Of a stretch of 64,000 nucleotides of DNA, positions 40,899-54,233 are shown in pieces (position 1 is the stretch's first letter; each line of letters starts with the position of its first letter). Both the position numbers and the translations under genes were made by a program. The stretch is taken from NCBI RefSeq assembly GCF_006345805.1, contig NC_043009.1, positions 65,038,001 to 65,102,000 of the forward strand. The letters are read 5' to 3'. A model generated the notes under the pieces. That model did not search any database. It saw only the letters and a program-made list of their open reading frames with translations, and was not told the origin of the DNA. Source of the DNA: Octopus sinensis (lineage: Eukaryota).

Positions 40899-41053
40899 GT
40901 CTGTCGTTCTCTCTGCCTGTCTGTCCGTCTGTCTATTTTGTCCTTCGGAGACAACTGGAGGCCATGAACAAAGTGTATAAGTGACGAGTATGTTAGTGTT
41001 GATAACTCCAGGTTAATTAACCCTGAATAGACAGACAATTTATAAATTGTAAG

Positions 41054-41149
<96 letters not shown>

Positions 41150-41166
41150 CTATATATATATAATAT

Positions 41167-41199
<33 letters not shown>

Positions 41200-41498
41200 C
41201 ACTGTGACTGACCAGGCTATCAGATGTTGCTTCACATCGCTGGTCACAATGCACTTTGCATTGTTTTAGCCTTCAAATGACGCCACCCTGCCAGCTAAGC
41301 GAGCAGGCCAACAGCAGAAAGAGTGAGAGAAAGTTGTGGCGAAAGAATACAGCAGCGATCACCACCACCCCCTGCCGGAGCCTCGTGGAGCTTTTAGGTG
41401 TTTTCGCTCAATAAACACTCACAACGCCCAGTCTGGGAATCGAAACCGCGATCCTACAACCGTGAGTCCGTTGCCCTCACCACTGGGCCATTGCACCT

Positions 41499-41500
<2 letters not shown>
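41200..41500 (-). mobile_element. SINE family B with a third tail type
   Basis: Head and core as other B copies; tail GACTGACCAGGCTATCAGATG...GCGAGCAGGCCAAC. Confidence 0.8.
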
Positions 41501-41542
<42 letters not shown>

Positions 41543-42391
41543 GTGTGTGTGTGTGTGTAACACACACGCACACACATTTATATGGATATATATAAATGCA
41601 TATGTATGCATATATGTGTGTGCATGTATATATATATGTATATACATACACACACACATACATATATATATAGATGTACGTATGTATATATTTCTTTATG
41701 TTGCTAAATTAGCTAAAAGACCATCTGTCACCTGCATTCAACCCATCACCTGTAATTGTGCATCATTAGCGAGAAGATATACGCTCCAGGTATCCATTAT
41801 GAAGATATCTTTCAGGGAGACACTAAAAAATTTTCATAATTATTCTCTTTCTTTCTCTCAGATGACCATCAAAAATATGGAACGACGATTAATCAAGCGT
41901 TACAAACTTTTCTGGATATTTTGGTAAAGAAATGCTGAAAGTAATGCATTTGTAATCCGTATTGAGTATTACAACTTCGTAAAACGCATGATTTGGGCCC
42001 AGGACGAGACCATTAAAGCTGCAGGGATAATCTAATCGGATTTACAGGACGTGGAGTGTGTGTGTGTGTGTGTGTGTGGTGTGTGTGCGTGTGTGCGCGC
42101 ACTCACACGCGCGCGTACATACGCTTATACATAACTGAAATGAAAATGAGTTAAGAAAACAATAAAGATGGATAAGAGTATGTTAAATAGGATATACGAT
42201 AAATCTTGGATTTATTGAGATAATCTCTGATTCAAATGAAGATTAAATCAAGTGGTCGGTGGGAATTGGTACCAAACCGAAATGTGAAGAAGAGATAATC
42301 TCAAGAATTCTTGAAAGTTGAGATGCCATTTAGGGAAAGACATTTTGATTATCTGAAGACAAATGGACAACTGGGGACATTCTCTTTCCTT

Positions 42392-42461
<70 letters not shown>

Positions 42462-42512
42462 TGTCTCTCTCTCTTACTCACTCCCTCTCTTTCATTCTCT
42501 CTCTCTATCTCT

Positions 42513-42885
42513 CTGTGGTAAGAAGTTTGCTTACCAACCACATGATTCCGGGTTCGGTCCCACTGCGTGACACATTAACCAAGTGTCTTCTACTATAGCC
42601 TTGCACCGACTAAAGCTTTGTGAGTAGATTTAGTAGGCGGAAACTGAAAAGAAGCCCATTGTATGTGAGTGTGTTTGAGTGTTTCTCTCTGTATTTGTCT
42701 CCCACTTCCGCGACAGCTTGACACACAGTATCGTTAGTTTACGTCCCCGTAAATTAGTGGTTCGGCAAAAGAGACCGATAGTATAAGTATCAGGCTTAAA
42801 GTGGAAATAATTACTGGGGTGGGATCGATCCATTTCACTAAAAATTCTTCAAGTCCGTAGTCTAATGAGTGAAGCAAGTAAAAGA
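42513..42885 (+). mobile_element. SINE family C
   Basis: GTGGTAAGAAGTTTGCTTACCAACCACATGATTCCGGGTTCGGTCCC head with B box. Confidence 0.82.
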
Positions 42886-42912
42886 TATAGACACACCACA
42901 TGCATATACATG

Positions 42913-42978
<66 letters not shown>

Positions 42979-45020
42979 CGCACACACAAAGACTTGCATA
43001 CACAAACACACACGCAAACATACATATATTCGCTCTGTAGTCATGAAGTCGCAGGTGCCCGGAAACTGCATGGAAGCCTATTATATAAACTGTACTTCAA
43101 ATTAATTCAAAGAAACGGCTGTTCAGTTAATCGATCGACTAGAAAAGTCATCTTCGAAACCGACGGAAGAGCGACACACACATACACACACACACACACA
43201 CACGTAAATATGAACATATGTATGTGCGTGTGCGTGAGAGCGTGTGTACATCGGAGTTCTTTTGTTCTCCAGTTGCCGTCGTGCGTCTCATCTTTCTCCG
43301 CCGACATCTTTCATCTTCTGCATTTTGCCTTTGGTGATGAAATAGTGACACCTAGCGGCCAGGCAGAATAACCTCAGTGACAGGGTGAGACAACTGAAGT
43401 GAATTCCCTGCGGTATTGGTTGAGCTAAATTGACTGTTTGGTTTCAGTGTAAGCTCTAGGGAACAGCAGAGGTGACCAAACTGGTTTCGTTTATGAGACT
43501 GAATGTGTGTGTGTGCGCGCGTGTATGTGTCTGTGTCTGTGTGTTTGTGTTTGTGTCTCTATGTGTCTGTGTATGTGAGCGTAGATGTGTATGTGTGTGT
43601 CGGCTTTGCGTATGCACGAGATTGAACATCTTGTTGTCTATGTGTGTATGCCTGTATGTAAATGTGTGTGTGCGTGTATGGTGTGAATGTGTTTGTATAT
43701 GGGTATATACGGGTATATATGTATTTGTTCCTCGGTGTGTACATGTGTATGTGTGTGCGAACGTAGTAAATACGTGTGTAGGCGGGAGTCTGAGCAAAAA
43801 TTGAAGTTGGAATGTGTTGTATTTGTGTATGTGTATGTGTGTGTATGCAAGTGTTTGTATGCATGTGTGCATGTGTGATTGTGTATGTGTGTGTGTGTGA
43901 GTGTGTGCGTGTGTGTTTATGTGAGTGTGGTAGTGTGACGTCTGTGAAACAACGTGTGCGCATGCTTGAATTCGCCAGCATATGTTTTTAGTCGCCTCTT
44001 TCTCCGTGTCTGTGTTTGTATAAGAAAGAGAGAGAGGGAGGGAGAGAGAGAGAGAGTGAGGAAGAGGAGGGAGAAAAAGAGCGAGTGAAAGAGAATAAGA
44101 CAGAGAGATTATGTGCAATGTTGTTCACTTGTATATGCAAAGGTACATGGCAAAATATTTTGATAGTAAATATTAGTGCACGTGTTTATTTTGCTATTTC
44201 ATTGCAGGAGGAAGGAAGGCCCCACGCACCGTGGCAGAGGAGAACGAGTGGCAGGGTTCATCACCCATGGCAGTCTCCACTAGACGTAATGCGGCTTACG
44301 TTCAGTTTGAAGATTTGCACGTCAATCAATCTATGTAGTCACGAATATGTTTTGCTGTTTCTTCTCAGACCAATTCAAAATACTCGGACCTAGGACGAAT
44401 GGTGTTCCAGTCTTGACTATCCAATATTTTTGTGCATCTGGCTTCGGCTACTATTTCCAGCAGATCGTGCCGCCACTTAAAGATTACTCTGGTCATTCTT
44501 ATATGAAGAAATAATTCCTGACGTTGTGAGATATCGATGCTGAGACCCGAATTGGATGGCAAAGGCAAGGGAGGTAAATCTTGTACGTCTGTTTGGCTGG
44601 AGGCGACTCGTTTGTTGCGAGTTCTTGGGATCAGGAATAACTGTTGTAGAAGAAGGGGCCAACTGAGGAAACAGTGGGTCTGTGAGTGTGATGGTGAAGA
44701 GAGCCTTTGAAATCAGTTGGATGAATGAGTGTTCGGTTTGTGGTTTTGTTTGAATATATCCCTATGTCTAACAAACAACGACACACATTTCTTGAAGAGT
44801 GAAATGCTTTTATGCTTCTGTGCCATAAACGAAACCAAAACTACACACATTCTCACACACACACTCACATGCACTGAGAGAGAGAGGGAGAGGGTGAGAA
44901 AGAGAGTGAGTGAGAGAGAGGGAGAGAGAGGGAGAGAGGGGTGACTATATGAATGATGCTTGTATGTAAGTATGAAGTCAGTGATTCATTCCTTTGCTAC
45001 TTTAGGTTTTATGCACGGCC

Positions 45021-45440
45021 ACCTATTTCTTTACTACCCACAAGGGGCTAAATACAGAGAGGACAAACAAGGACAGACAGACGGATTAAGTCGATTATAT
45101 CGACCCCAGTGCGTAACTGGTACTTATTTGATCGACCCCGAAAGGATGAAAGGCAAAATCGACCTCGGCGGAATTTGAACTCAGAACGCAGCAGCAGACG
45201 AAATACCTATTTCTTTACTACCCACAAGGGGCTAAACGAAGAGAGGACAAACAAGGACAGACAAAGGGATTAAGTCGATTACATCGACCCCAGTGCGTAA
45301 CTGGTAATTAATTTATCGACCCCGAAAGGATGAAAGGCAAAGTCAACCTCGGCGGAATTTGAACTCAGAACGTAACGGCAGACGAAATTCTGCTGACCAT
45401 TTCGCCCGGAGTGCTAACGTTTCTGCCAGCTCGCTGCCTT
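45021..45440 (-). mobile_element. SINE family A dimer directly downstream of the tRNA-Asp
   Basis: Full head at 45440 and internal junction GACGAAATACCTATTTC at about 45206. Confidence 0.88.
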
Positions 45441-45458
45441 GAAATTAAAAATACAAGC

Positions 45459-45530
45459 CTTCCCGGCAGGGAATCGAACCCCGGTCTCCCACGTGACAAG
45501 CGGGGATACTTACCACTATACTACCGAGGA
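45459..45530 (-). tRNA. trnD-GTC: tRNA-Asp(GTC), possibly a recent pseudogene
   Basis: TCCTCGGTAGTATAGTGGTAAGTATCCCCGCTTGTCACGTGGGAGACCGGGGTTCGATTCCCTGCCGGGAAG folds as a cloverleaf. Anticodon GTC is at plus-strand 45495-45497 and a T5 terminator follows (plus-strand A5 at 45447-45451). There is a C2:A71 mismatch and G-U pairs in the anticodon and T stems. Confidence 0.88.
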
Positions 45531-46082
45531 CCGAACCATTTCAGGTGTCTATGAGTCAACGCTGAAAGCAAAGTGGGAAAACAGACGTTACTGGTTCCAT
45601 TCTTTCGTTAGTTTGTAGCTGTGTAGAGAGGAGCCTTAGTGCCTTGTGTTACTGCTGGTCGTATTCGAAGGGAGATAATACATATTAACTGCAAAAGGTT
45701 GAAGTTTTTGATGAACAAAATGGCGATTTTCAATTTTGACTCCTCCATTACGGTGCCGTGCTATTAGAAAGTGTTAATGAGAGGGAGTTTGGAAATGGCA
45801 TCCCTCATAAGACAGTAGGTCAAGAAAGATATATTCAGGGATATATTCAAACAAGACCACAAAACGAACACTCATCCAACTGATTTGGAAGGCTCTCAGC
45901 ACCACCACACTCACAAATCCACTGTTTATCATTGCCCATGTAGCAAATTTGTGGTTGAATGAGTTTTTATTGTCGGGGTATTTTCCATGAACACTTAAAT
46001 TTCAATCTGAAACCAACTATTGCCACTCGGATAACATCCACTCACAGATCATATGATACTTCTAAAGGCCCATGTCCAGCAA

Positions 46083-46578
46083 GCGAATTTTTTTCCCACG
46101 AGAGTAATGAATTCATTTGCATACAGCCAATCAGAGCTCGCCTTGAAAAGCCTATGCTCAAGTACCTCTGCTCAGACAGAGATTAGTGATACTGCATGTA
46201 CCCATTGATATATGCAAGGAGGGCGCAATACGACACAACGCCATATTGATTTCGATGTTTCCAGATCAACACCAACATTTTAAATTAGGAATGTACAAAA
46301 TCAGTCAAAAATTAGGAAACTACACTCATTTACATTTTCTAGTAAATTACGCAAATGGCAACACTTATGGCATCATCTGGGAGCAGATCTCCATTCAATG
46401 TCGCCCCTATTAACCCATTTAGAACAGTTGGATTTAGTTATAACGCACATTTTCTACTGAACTCAACCAGAGTAATTTTGTGACTAGGTGGACACTAGTT
46501 TGATAGTTGAGCTTTGAATGGCCATATGCAAATAAGTTTATAATTGGGGTCCGGAACTCTCGTGGGAAAAAGTTTCGC
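46083..46578. repeat. 496-bp segment bounded by 23-bp inverted repeats (21/23)
   Basis: GCGAATTTTTTTCCCACGAGAGT (46083-46105) versus ACTCTCGTGGGAAAAAGTTTCGC (46556-46578). Confidence 0.7.
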
Positions 46579-46984
46579 GTTCGGCAAGATGGTAGCAAGA
46601 TCGAACCTGAAATCTCGTGCATGGTGAAACCCTTAGCGCCAAGTCTTAGGTAGAACTGTGGACAACACCCTAAGCTGGGTTGCATACATGGATAATGGAA
46701 TCGATAAGAACCGTAGAATATGCTCATGGACCCTAAGAACTTTGCAGGTCAGAGATCCTGACACTACTACGAGCCTCCTATTCTCTACGTTTATCAGTCT
46801 TTTCCTTGAATTCTAACTGGGGTCTTCCTACACATGAGAATAAGGGCCACTCTCTCTCTCTCTCTTCTCTCTCTCCCTCTCTCTCCTATGGCTTCTTATA
46901 CATAGTTTCTCTCTTGCATTTTTCTAGCTTTCTTCGTCATTTCTTTTCCCACACAAGAATATTCTCCTTTTCTTTATTTTAACC

Positions 46985-47001
46985 TTTCCTTTTCTTTCTT
47001 C

Positions 47002-47044
<43 letters not shown>

Positions 47045-47175
47045 TTCCTTCTTTCTTTCTTCCTCCCCTTCCTTCCTCCTTTCCTTCCTTCTTTCCTTTC
47101 TTTTTTCTTTCTTTCTTTCTTCTTCCCTTCCTTCCTTCCTTCCTTCCTTCCTTGCTTTCTTTCTTTTCTTTTTTT

Positions 47176-47210
<35 letters not shown>

Positions 47211-47301
47211 ACCTTTCTTCCTTTCTTCTTCCCTTTCTTTCTTCCTTTTCTTTCTTTCTTTCTTCCCTTTCTTTCTTTCTTTCTTTCTTTCCTTTCTTTC
47301 C

Positions 47302-47334
<33 letters not shown>

Positions 47335-47565
47335 TTCCTTCCTTCCTTCCTTCCTTTCTTTCTTTCTTCCTTCTTTCCTTTCTTTCTTTCTTTCTTTCTT
47401 TCTCTTTCTACCTTTCTTCCTTTCTTCTTCCCTTTCTTTCTTCCCTTTCTTTCTTTCTTTTCTTTCTTTCTTCTTCTTCCTTTCTTCCTTTCTTTCTTTC
47501 TTTCTTTCTTCTTCCTTCCTTTCTTCTTTCTTTCTTTCTTTCTTCTTTCCTTCCTTTCTTCTTTC

Positions 47566-47606
<41 letters not shown>

Positions 47607-47613
47607 TTCCTTC

Positions 47614-47646
<33 letters not shown>

Positions 47647-47697
47647 TTCCTTCCTCCCTCCCTCCCTTCTTTTCTTTCTTTCTTTCTTCCTTCCTTC

Positions 47698-47735
<38 letters not shown>
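46985..47735. repeat. About 750-bp pure polypyrimidine (CTTT/CTTC)n tract
   Basis: Direct inspection; source of the 352-aa F/L/S ORF. Confidence 0.95.
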
Positions 47736-48369
47736 AGTAGAAAAATCATGCGATGTCGTTCTCCACCCCCACCACTCTCTTCCATTGCTTTCTTTTTCTT
47801 TCCTTTCGCTTATCGATTCCTTACTCTTTTCTCTTTCTTCACACCCTTTCCTTCACACATTCTTCTCTCTCTCTCTCTTCTTACCTTTCCTTCTCTCTTT
47901 TTGTCTCTCTTTCTCCCACTACACCACAATCACACGTACACACACACACACACACACAAACATACACTCATACAAACATAACTCAGAGGGAAAAAGAGCA
48001 ACAACAAACCCCAACCCCCGCCAAAATGTTGTCCTAGGGCAACGGCGGTGCTTGCAACCCCACCGCCGCCCGCCCCTTCATCCCTTCCCTCCCTCACACC
48101 CCTCCCACTCGCACACTGTATCATGTAATGGGATGGGGGCGACTCTAGCATTACCCTACCTAAGCAGCACCCGCCTAAAGTGTCACCTCAAGCAAGTCCC
48201 ACGTGACTAGACGGTGCCGCCAGCCTCTCGCTCCACCACACAACGCCTTCCGCGACACGTTCTTGATTCGCTGATCAAAGTTTGTTATTAATTTCATAAA
48301 TTGATTTCTTCGGGCTGGAAGTGTGTGTGTGTGTGTGTATGGGGGTGGGGAAGGAAAGAGTACAGCAGT

Positions 48370-48402
<33 letters not shown>

Positions 48403-48596
48403 GTGGGGCGCGATATTGCAGCCTTGGTTTCAAGTAAGATAAAGTCAATTACAACAACAAACACAACTAGCAGCAACTACAACGACTTCTTAGAAATAGT
48501 AGTCAAATCGCCCTCAAATCGTATTCTGTCTTAAAAACGAACGCATTGGAGAATTGGAGAATAATGTTTTATATACACTATTCTTTTATTATTTCA

Positions 48597-49008
48597 CTTG
48601 TTTCAGTCATTTAACTGCGGTCATGCTGGAGCACCGCCTTTAGTCGAACACATGGACCCCAGGACTTATTCTTTGTAAGCCTAGTGCTTATTCTATCGGT
48701 TGGTTTTGCCAAACCGCTAAGTTACGGGGACGGAAACACACCAACATCGGTTTCAAGCGATGGTGGGGATAAACACACACAAATACATATACATACATAC
48801 ATACATACATACATACATACATACATACATACATACATACATACATACACACACATACACACACATATATATATATGACGGGCTTCTTTCAGTTTCCGTC
48901 TACCAAATCCACTCACAAGGCTTTGGTTGGCCTGAGGCTATAGTAGAATACACTTGCCCAAAGTGCCACGTAGTGGGACTGAACGCGGAACCATGTGGTT
49001 GGGAAGCA
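48597..49008 (-). mobile_element. SINE family C, full length
   Basis: Runs from 3' TTTCAGTCATTTAACTGCGGTCATGCTGGAGCACCGCC to the head GGAACCATGTGGTTGGGAAGC. Confidence 0.85.
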
Positions 49009-49498
49009 GTTCTGTCAACGAGACTAGGCGTGGAAAAGTATGTCTGATAAACAGTGACCATACCAGCTCAGCATCAAAGAAACGCTGGAGATGTCGAAGC
49101 CTCAGTGCATGTCAGCGCATCATCAACCCAAGGCATACCTAGTCCTGTCTCCGGTAGATGTTGATATCGAAAGGTGCGCCTGACAAGTGGAATGCGTCTC
49201 TTCTACAAAAGCTGCAGACTAGCTGCCACAGTCATGTGCGATGTGACCCGTGGAAAGGCATGACGGCCAGACTCAGAACAAGATTTATGTATTGGCCAAT
49301 ATGAGCCAAGGCTAAAGGACATACAAACTAAGGCTTGGACATAAAATTTTAAAAATACATTTAAACAATTAAATAAATATTTTGCAATTTATTTTATTCG
49401 TGTAAATTCTTTTTAATCTAGCAGAGTTCTTTAAAATTTATTCAGCCCTCTTCATTTATTGGGCCCTTTTAAATTAAAAAAAAGCCATTGAAATTCTT

Positions 49499-49672
49499 TA
49501 CTACTCTAGGAACAAGGCCCGATTTATTTTGGTGGGGCCAGTCGAACCCAGTACACAGCTGGTACTTAATTTATCGACTCCGAAAGGATGAAAGGCAAAG
49601 TCGACCTCGGTGAAATTTGAACTCAGAATGTAAAGACAGACAAAATACCTATTTCTTTACTACCCACAAGGG
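49499..49672 (-). mobile_element. SINE family A, 5'-truncated dimer
   Basis: Tail-2 unit plus the same junction (AAATACCTATTTCTTTACTACCCACAAG). Confidence 0.8.
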
Positions 49673-50069
49673 TTTGTGTGTCTGTGTGTCCCAAGGGCCT
49701 CGGCAGATTCAGGACTCAGTGAATTTTAATGGCTTTTTTCTTTATTTAAGAGGACTCAATAAATGGAGAAGCTCAATAAATTTTAAAGATCTCAGATAAA
49801 AAAGAACTTCCCATTGTATGATTATTTGAGAATTTTCTGAGTTTTACCAGTTCTTGTTTTATGACCTTCTCACCAATCATCTTCAGATGGTAGTTCTAAG
49901 ATAAGCCCAAAATAGTTTTGAGTAATCCGAAACTTCGGAGTCACTATCAATCATTCTTTGCAAAAACATATGTGACACTACTAAAATATACCGATCGATT
50001 CTTCAATTAATTTTTGATTGTTTTTTATCTATATTAAATATGCATAAAAAGCATTGAACTATATATATA

Positions 50070-50130
<61 letters not shown>

Positions 50131-52359
50131 AATACACGTACATATAAGCGTGTATACATACACACGCACGCCATATATATATATATATACACACACACAT
50201 ACATTTGTATATTACATTCATGTATGTGTGTTTGCATGGATAGGTTTGATGCGCGTATGTGTAGAGTGTATATATATATATAGTATACACACAGGTTTGG
50301 TGTGCGTATGTGTATATATATATATAGTACACACAGGCACGTACACACATACGGGTGTGTAGATTGTCGCCATTTTAAGTCTGTGCTTGATATAATTCAC
50401 AGTTAATAAAAGAAAACAAACTAAAAGCAAATAATTGATATATCTGTTTCTAGCGTTCTGGCAGAGAAAGATATCAATAATTTGGTTTTAGAATTGACAG
50501 CAGACTGTTGATATCAATTAAATTTTCTCGTCTTTGTTAGAAATAGTTTTGTACAGGTCTTAATCGAAGGCAATTCTCGTAAAAACTATATAAATAATGA
50601 AATCAAGTTTTCTTGCAATAGCTCCTTGCTACCACCTCAGCTAAACAAAGCTAAACCACAATATTTTATTATGGTAGCTTAAAAGATTATTAACTGCATT
50701 TAAGCTCTCTTTTGTAAAAAAACATCACATACCTCTTCTCATTTGATTTTTCATTTTCGTTTTTGTAGTTGAATGATTTACCTGGATTATATAATCGTAG
50801 AAAGGTAAAGCAACATATAAATATTACCTGCCATAATTTACTCATGGTTACTTTAGACCAGGTATGAGTAAACCTTTTCGTGATGTAGGCCACATGAGAT
50901 ATGGTTCATCATCAGGCGGGCCGCGCTTCTAGATAACTCAATGTATTTTTCCGTTAATGCCGTTCAAGGGTTGCGGTTTGCCCACGACTGCCTTAAACGT
51001 TATTCATATTACTTGGAAAAAAACCCCGACAAACAGAAATATAGATTGACAGAATTGTTGGAGATCTAGGCAAGAATACCCTTGTATCTTTCCTTGCCAG
51101 GGAGGCATAAGTCACAGACTTCTAGGAGTATTGATCACGAAAATAACTGCCAGTTTGTGCTGGTCTTGATCTAATCGATTACACTCATCTCTCAAATGTG
51201 TTTCCATTTGCTTACTTAGAGGAATATCAGTGTTGTCATTGTTAGGATGATTGTTACATGTCTTATGATGGCTGGTCTTGGGAATATACTCATGCCACTG
51301 TTGATAATATCAACTAATATTAGAAAGCTAAAACAATTAGAATTTATATGTCGTTTTTAGATTTGGTTTGAAAGATTCTTTATATGAGTACGGGTGTTGA
51401 AGCATATTGAGAGTCAAAACTACTGAAAAGGTTGCAAGACGCAATGAAAATTTTAAGAAAATAAAAATAAGAAAAAAGTGGAAATTTTACCGGTGAGTGT
51501 GTTACATTATAAGGCACAAAAAGAAAATGACTCTCCCCAGATACAACAGAATTAGAATTTAACTCTGTCGAGTTTTGAATTTTGCGGTGCTTATGGAAAA
51601 CAATAAAAGGAATTCTAAATTCCAAAATATAACAAAATATACAATTATTGCATTAAAATAAACACATTTCTCATTTGCATATTTACAAAAAATTTATATT
51701 ATCAACAACAATATTACGGTTTAGCTATCAATAAATTACTGCTGTGATACAATGATTAATTCCATACAAGCGTGACATTTTAGCATCGTCCAGCAACCAA
51801 CAATGAGTGTTATTAGTTTTGATTGAACATACCAGTTATTAAAATTAAATTAAATTAAATTGAACAAACATCTCGCTTACCATTCTCTTGTTTCAGTCAT
51901 TTGACTGCGGCCATGCTGGAGCACCACCTTGAAGAGTTTCAGCTGAAAAAGTCGAAGCCAGCACTTATTTCTTTTAAAGCTTAGCACTTATTCGATCGGT
52001 CTCCTTTGAGCTGCAAGGTCACAAGGATGTAAACAAAGCAACGTTGGTTGCCAAGAGGCGGAGAAAAATATAAACACACACACATTTGTTCATATGTTTA
52101 TCTATTTCTCCCCAACTTTGCTTTTCTTTCTCCCTCTCTCTCCCTTTTTTTAAAAAAAACAAAACAATATTCTCCTCTTCTAAACAAAACAACAAAACAT
52201 CTGATTCATATAAATGAACAACAAAACGTTCTGTTTTTACCATTCTGATTTTGACTTTGTATTGAAGAATTCGAAGAACGAACGAACGCGCTAATAATGG
52301 ATTATCCAAAATTCAGACTGCCTCCTTTTTCTCAACATACAATGTCTGTAAACCACTTC

Positions 52360-52416
<57 letters not shown>

Positions 52417-52651
52417 GCACACACACACACACACACACATACACACACACACACACAAACAAACAAACACACACACATACACGCACACAGACACACACAG
52501 ACACACTTTCTCTCTCTCTCTCTATATATGTATATATATACATATATACACATGTATATAAATATATGTATATATGTATAAATATTATATCGTAGTATAT
52601 ATATATATATATATAGACATACCTATATAGTGTAGTATGGATGTATGTAGG

Positions 52652-52687
<36 letters not shown>

Positions 52688-52706
52688 CATACATGTATAT
52701 GTCTGC

Positions 52707-52737
<31 letters not shown>

Positions 52738-53555
52738 TGTATGTATGTATGTATATATGTATATATATATATATATATATATTATGTATATATAAATGTA
52801 TATATGTATATACAATTATATATATATGCATATATATGTGTATACAAATATGTAATATATTTATGTATATATAACGTAAACTCACATACGTATATGATAT
52901 ATATGAGTACATATATGCATTCAGGTATGTATTATGTACACACACATGCACACACGCGTACACATATTCATAAATTATAGACGCGTATGCATACCTATAC
53001 ATCAGGCTGTATGTAACAACAAAGAAAAATGTATTAAAAAATTTTTAAAAAGCAGAAAAGAAAAAGTAAACCAAGTCAAAGTAATACACAAACTGAGAAG
53101 AACCACGACCCTCCCCACTTAAAAAAAAAAAGGAACAAAAAAACAAAAAACCCCATGTCAAAAAAAAAAAAAGAAAAAAGAATTAAAAACTTGCCGCTTA
53201 ATAAACAAAGTAGGGTGAGTGTAGCTGATGAAGCCAGGTGTTAAGCAAATAGCTGAGATACTGATGTGATTTTTCAGTGTTTTCCGCCCCGCTTTCCTGA
53301 TTAACTTACATGTTAGTCTCTGATGTTTATCAAGCAATTACCAAGGTGTATTGTCCTGAGGAATCGGAACATTTATTTGCAATCCATCCATTGCTTTCGG
53401 CCCCAAAACTCTTTTCTTAATTCACTTATTCATTTATTTATTTATTTATCCCGTTTTACATTATTTTGCTACAAATACATATTAATATTTTTAAACAATT
53501 TTTGGAGGTGAGGAGAATTTCTTTGATTATTATTATTATTATTATTATTATTATC

Positions 53556-53636
<81 letters not shown>

Positions 53637-53786
53637 GTTATTATTTTTATGTATTTTATAGTTTTTGTGTATTCTGTTTCTTACCCCAAAATCAGAACAA
53701 ACAACACAGACAAAATACGTTCAACCTACAAAAGCAATACACACACACACACACACACACACACACTATATATATACATGTGTATG

Positions 53787-53824
<38 letters not shown>

Positions 53825-53878
53825 CACACACATATATAAATATATATATATATATTACATACACACAAATATATATAC

Positions 53879-53925
<47 letters not shown>

Positions 53926-54128
53926 CATATATATATATACATATATATATGTATATATGTACACATACATGTATACGTGTATACATGTTTAGAGTACTGT
54001 GTAGGGAATTGTAAAAGCCAGTGTGATTAGTATTGCTTATAGTGATTATCAGCTCACATACAATAAAATCCTCCTTTACCTCCTCCTCCTTTTCCTCCTT
54101 CTCCTCCTCCTCCTTCTACTACTACTGA

Positions 54129-54170
<42 letters not shown>

Positions 54171-54233
54171 AGTAATGACAATTGCTTTTCATCGAGGTAC
54201 AAGACCTGGGGAAGGGTATCATTTGATACCTTG

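Noticed and set aside
44208-44393. Candidate exon after TTTCATTGCAG
   Set aside because: No recognisable homology in any frame and no strong donor site.
47152-48210. Longest ORF (352 aa, F/L/S-rich)
   Set aside because: It is the translation of a (CTTT/CTTC)n tract and (CA)n, with no protein-like complexity.
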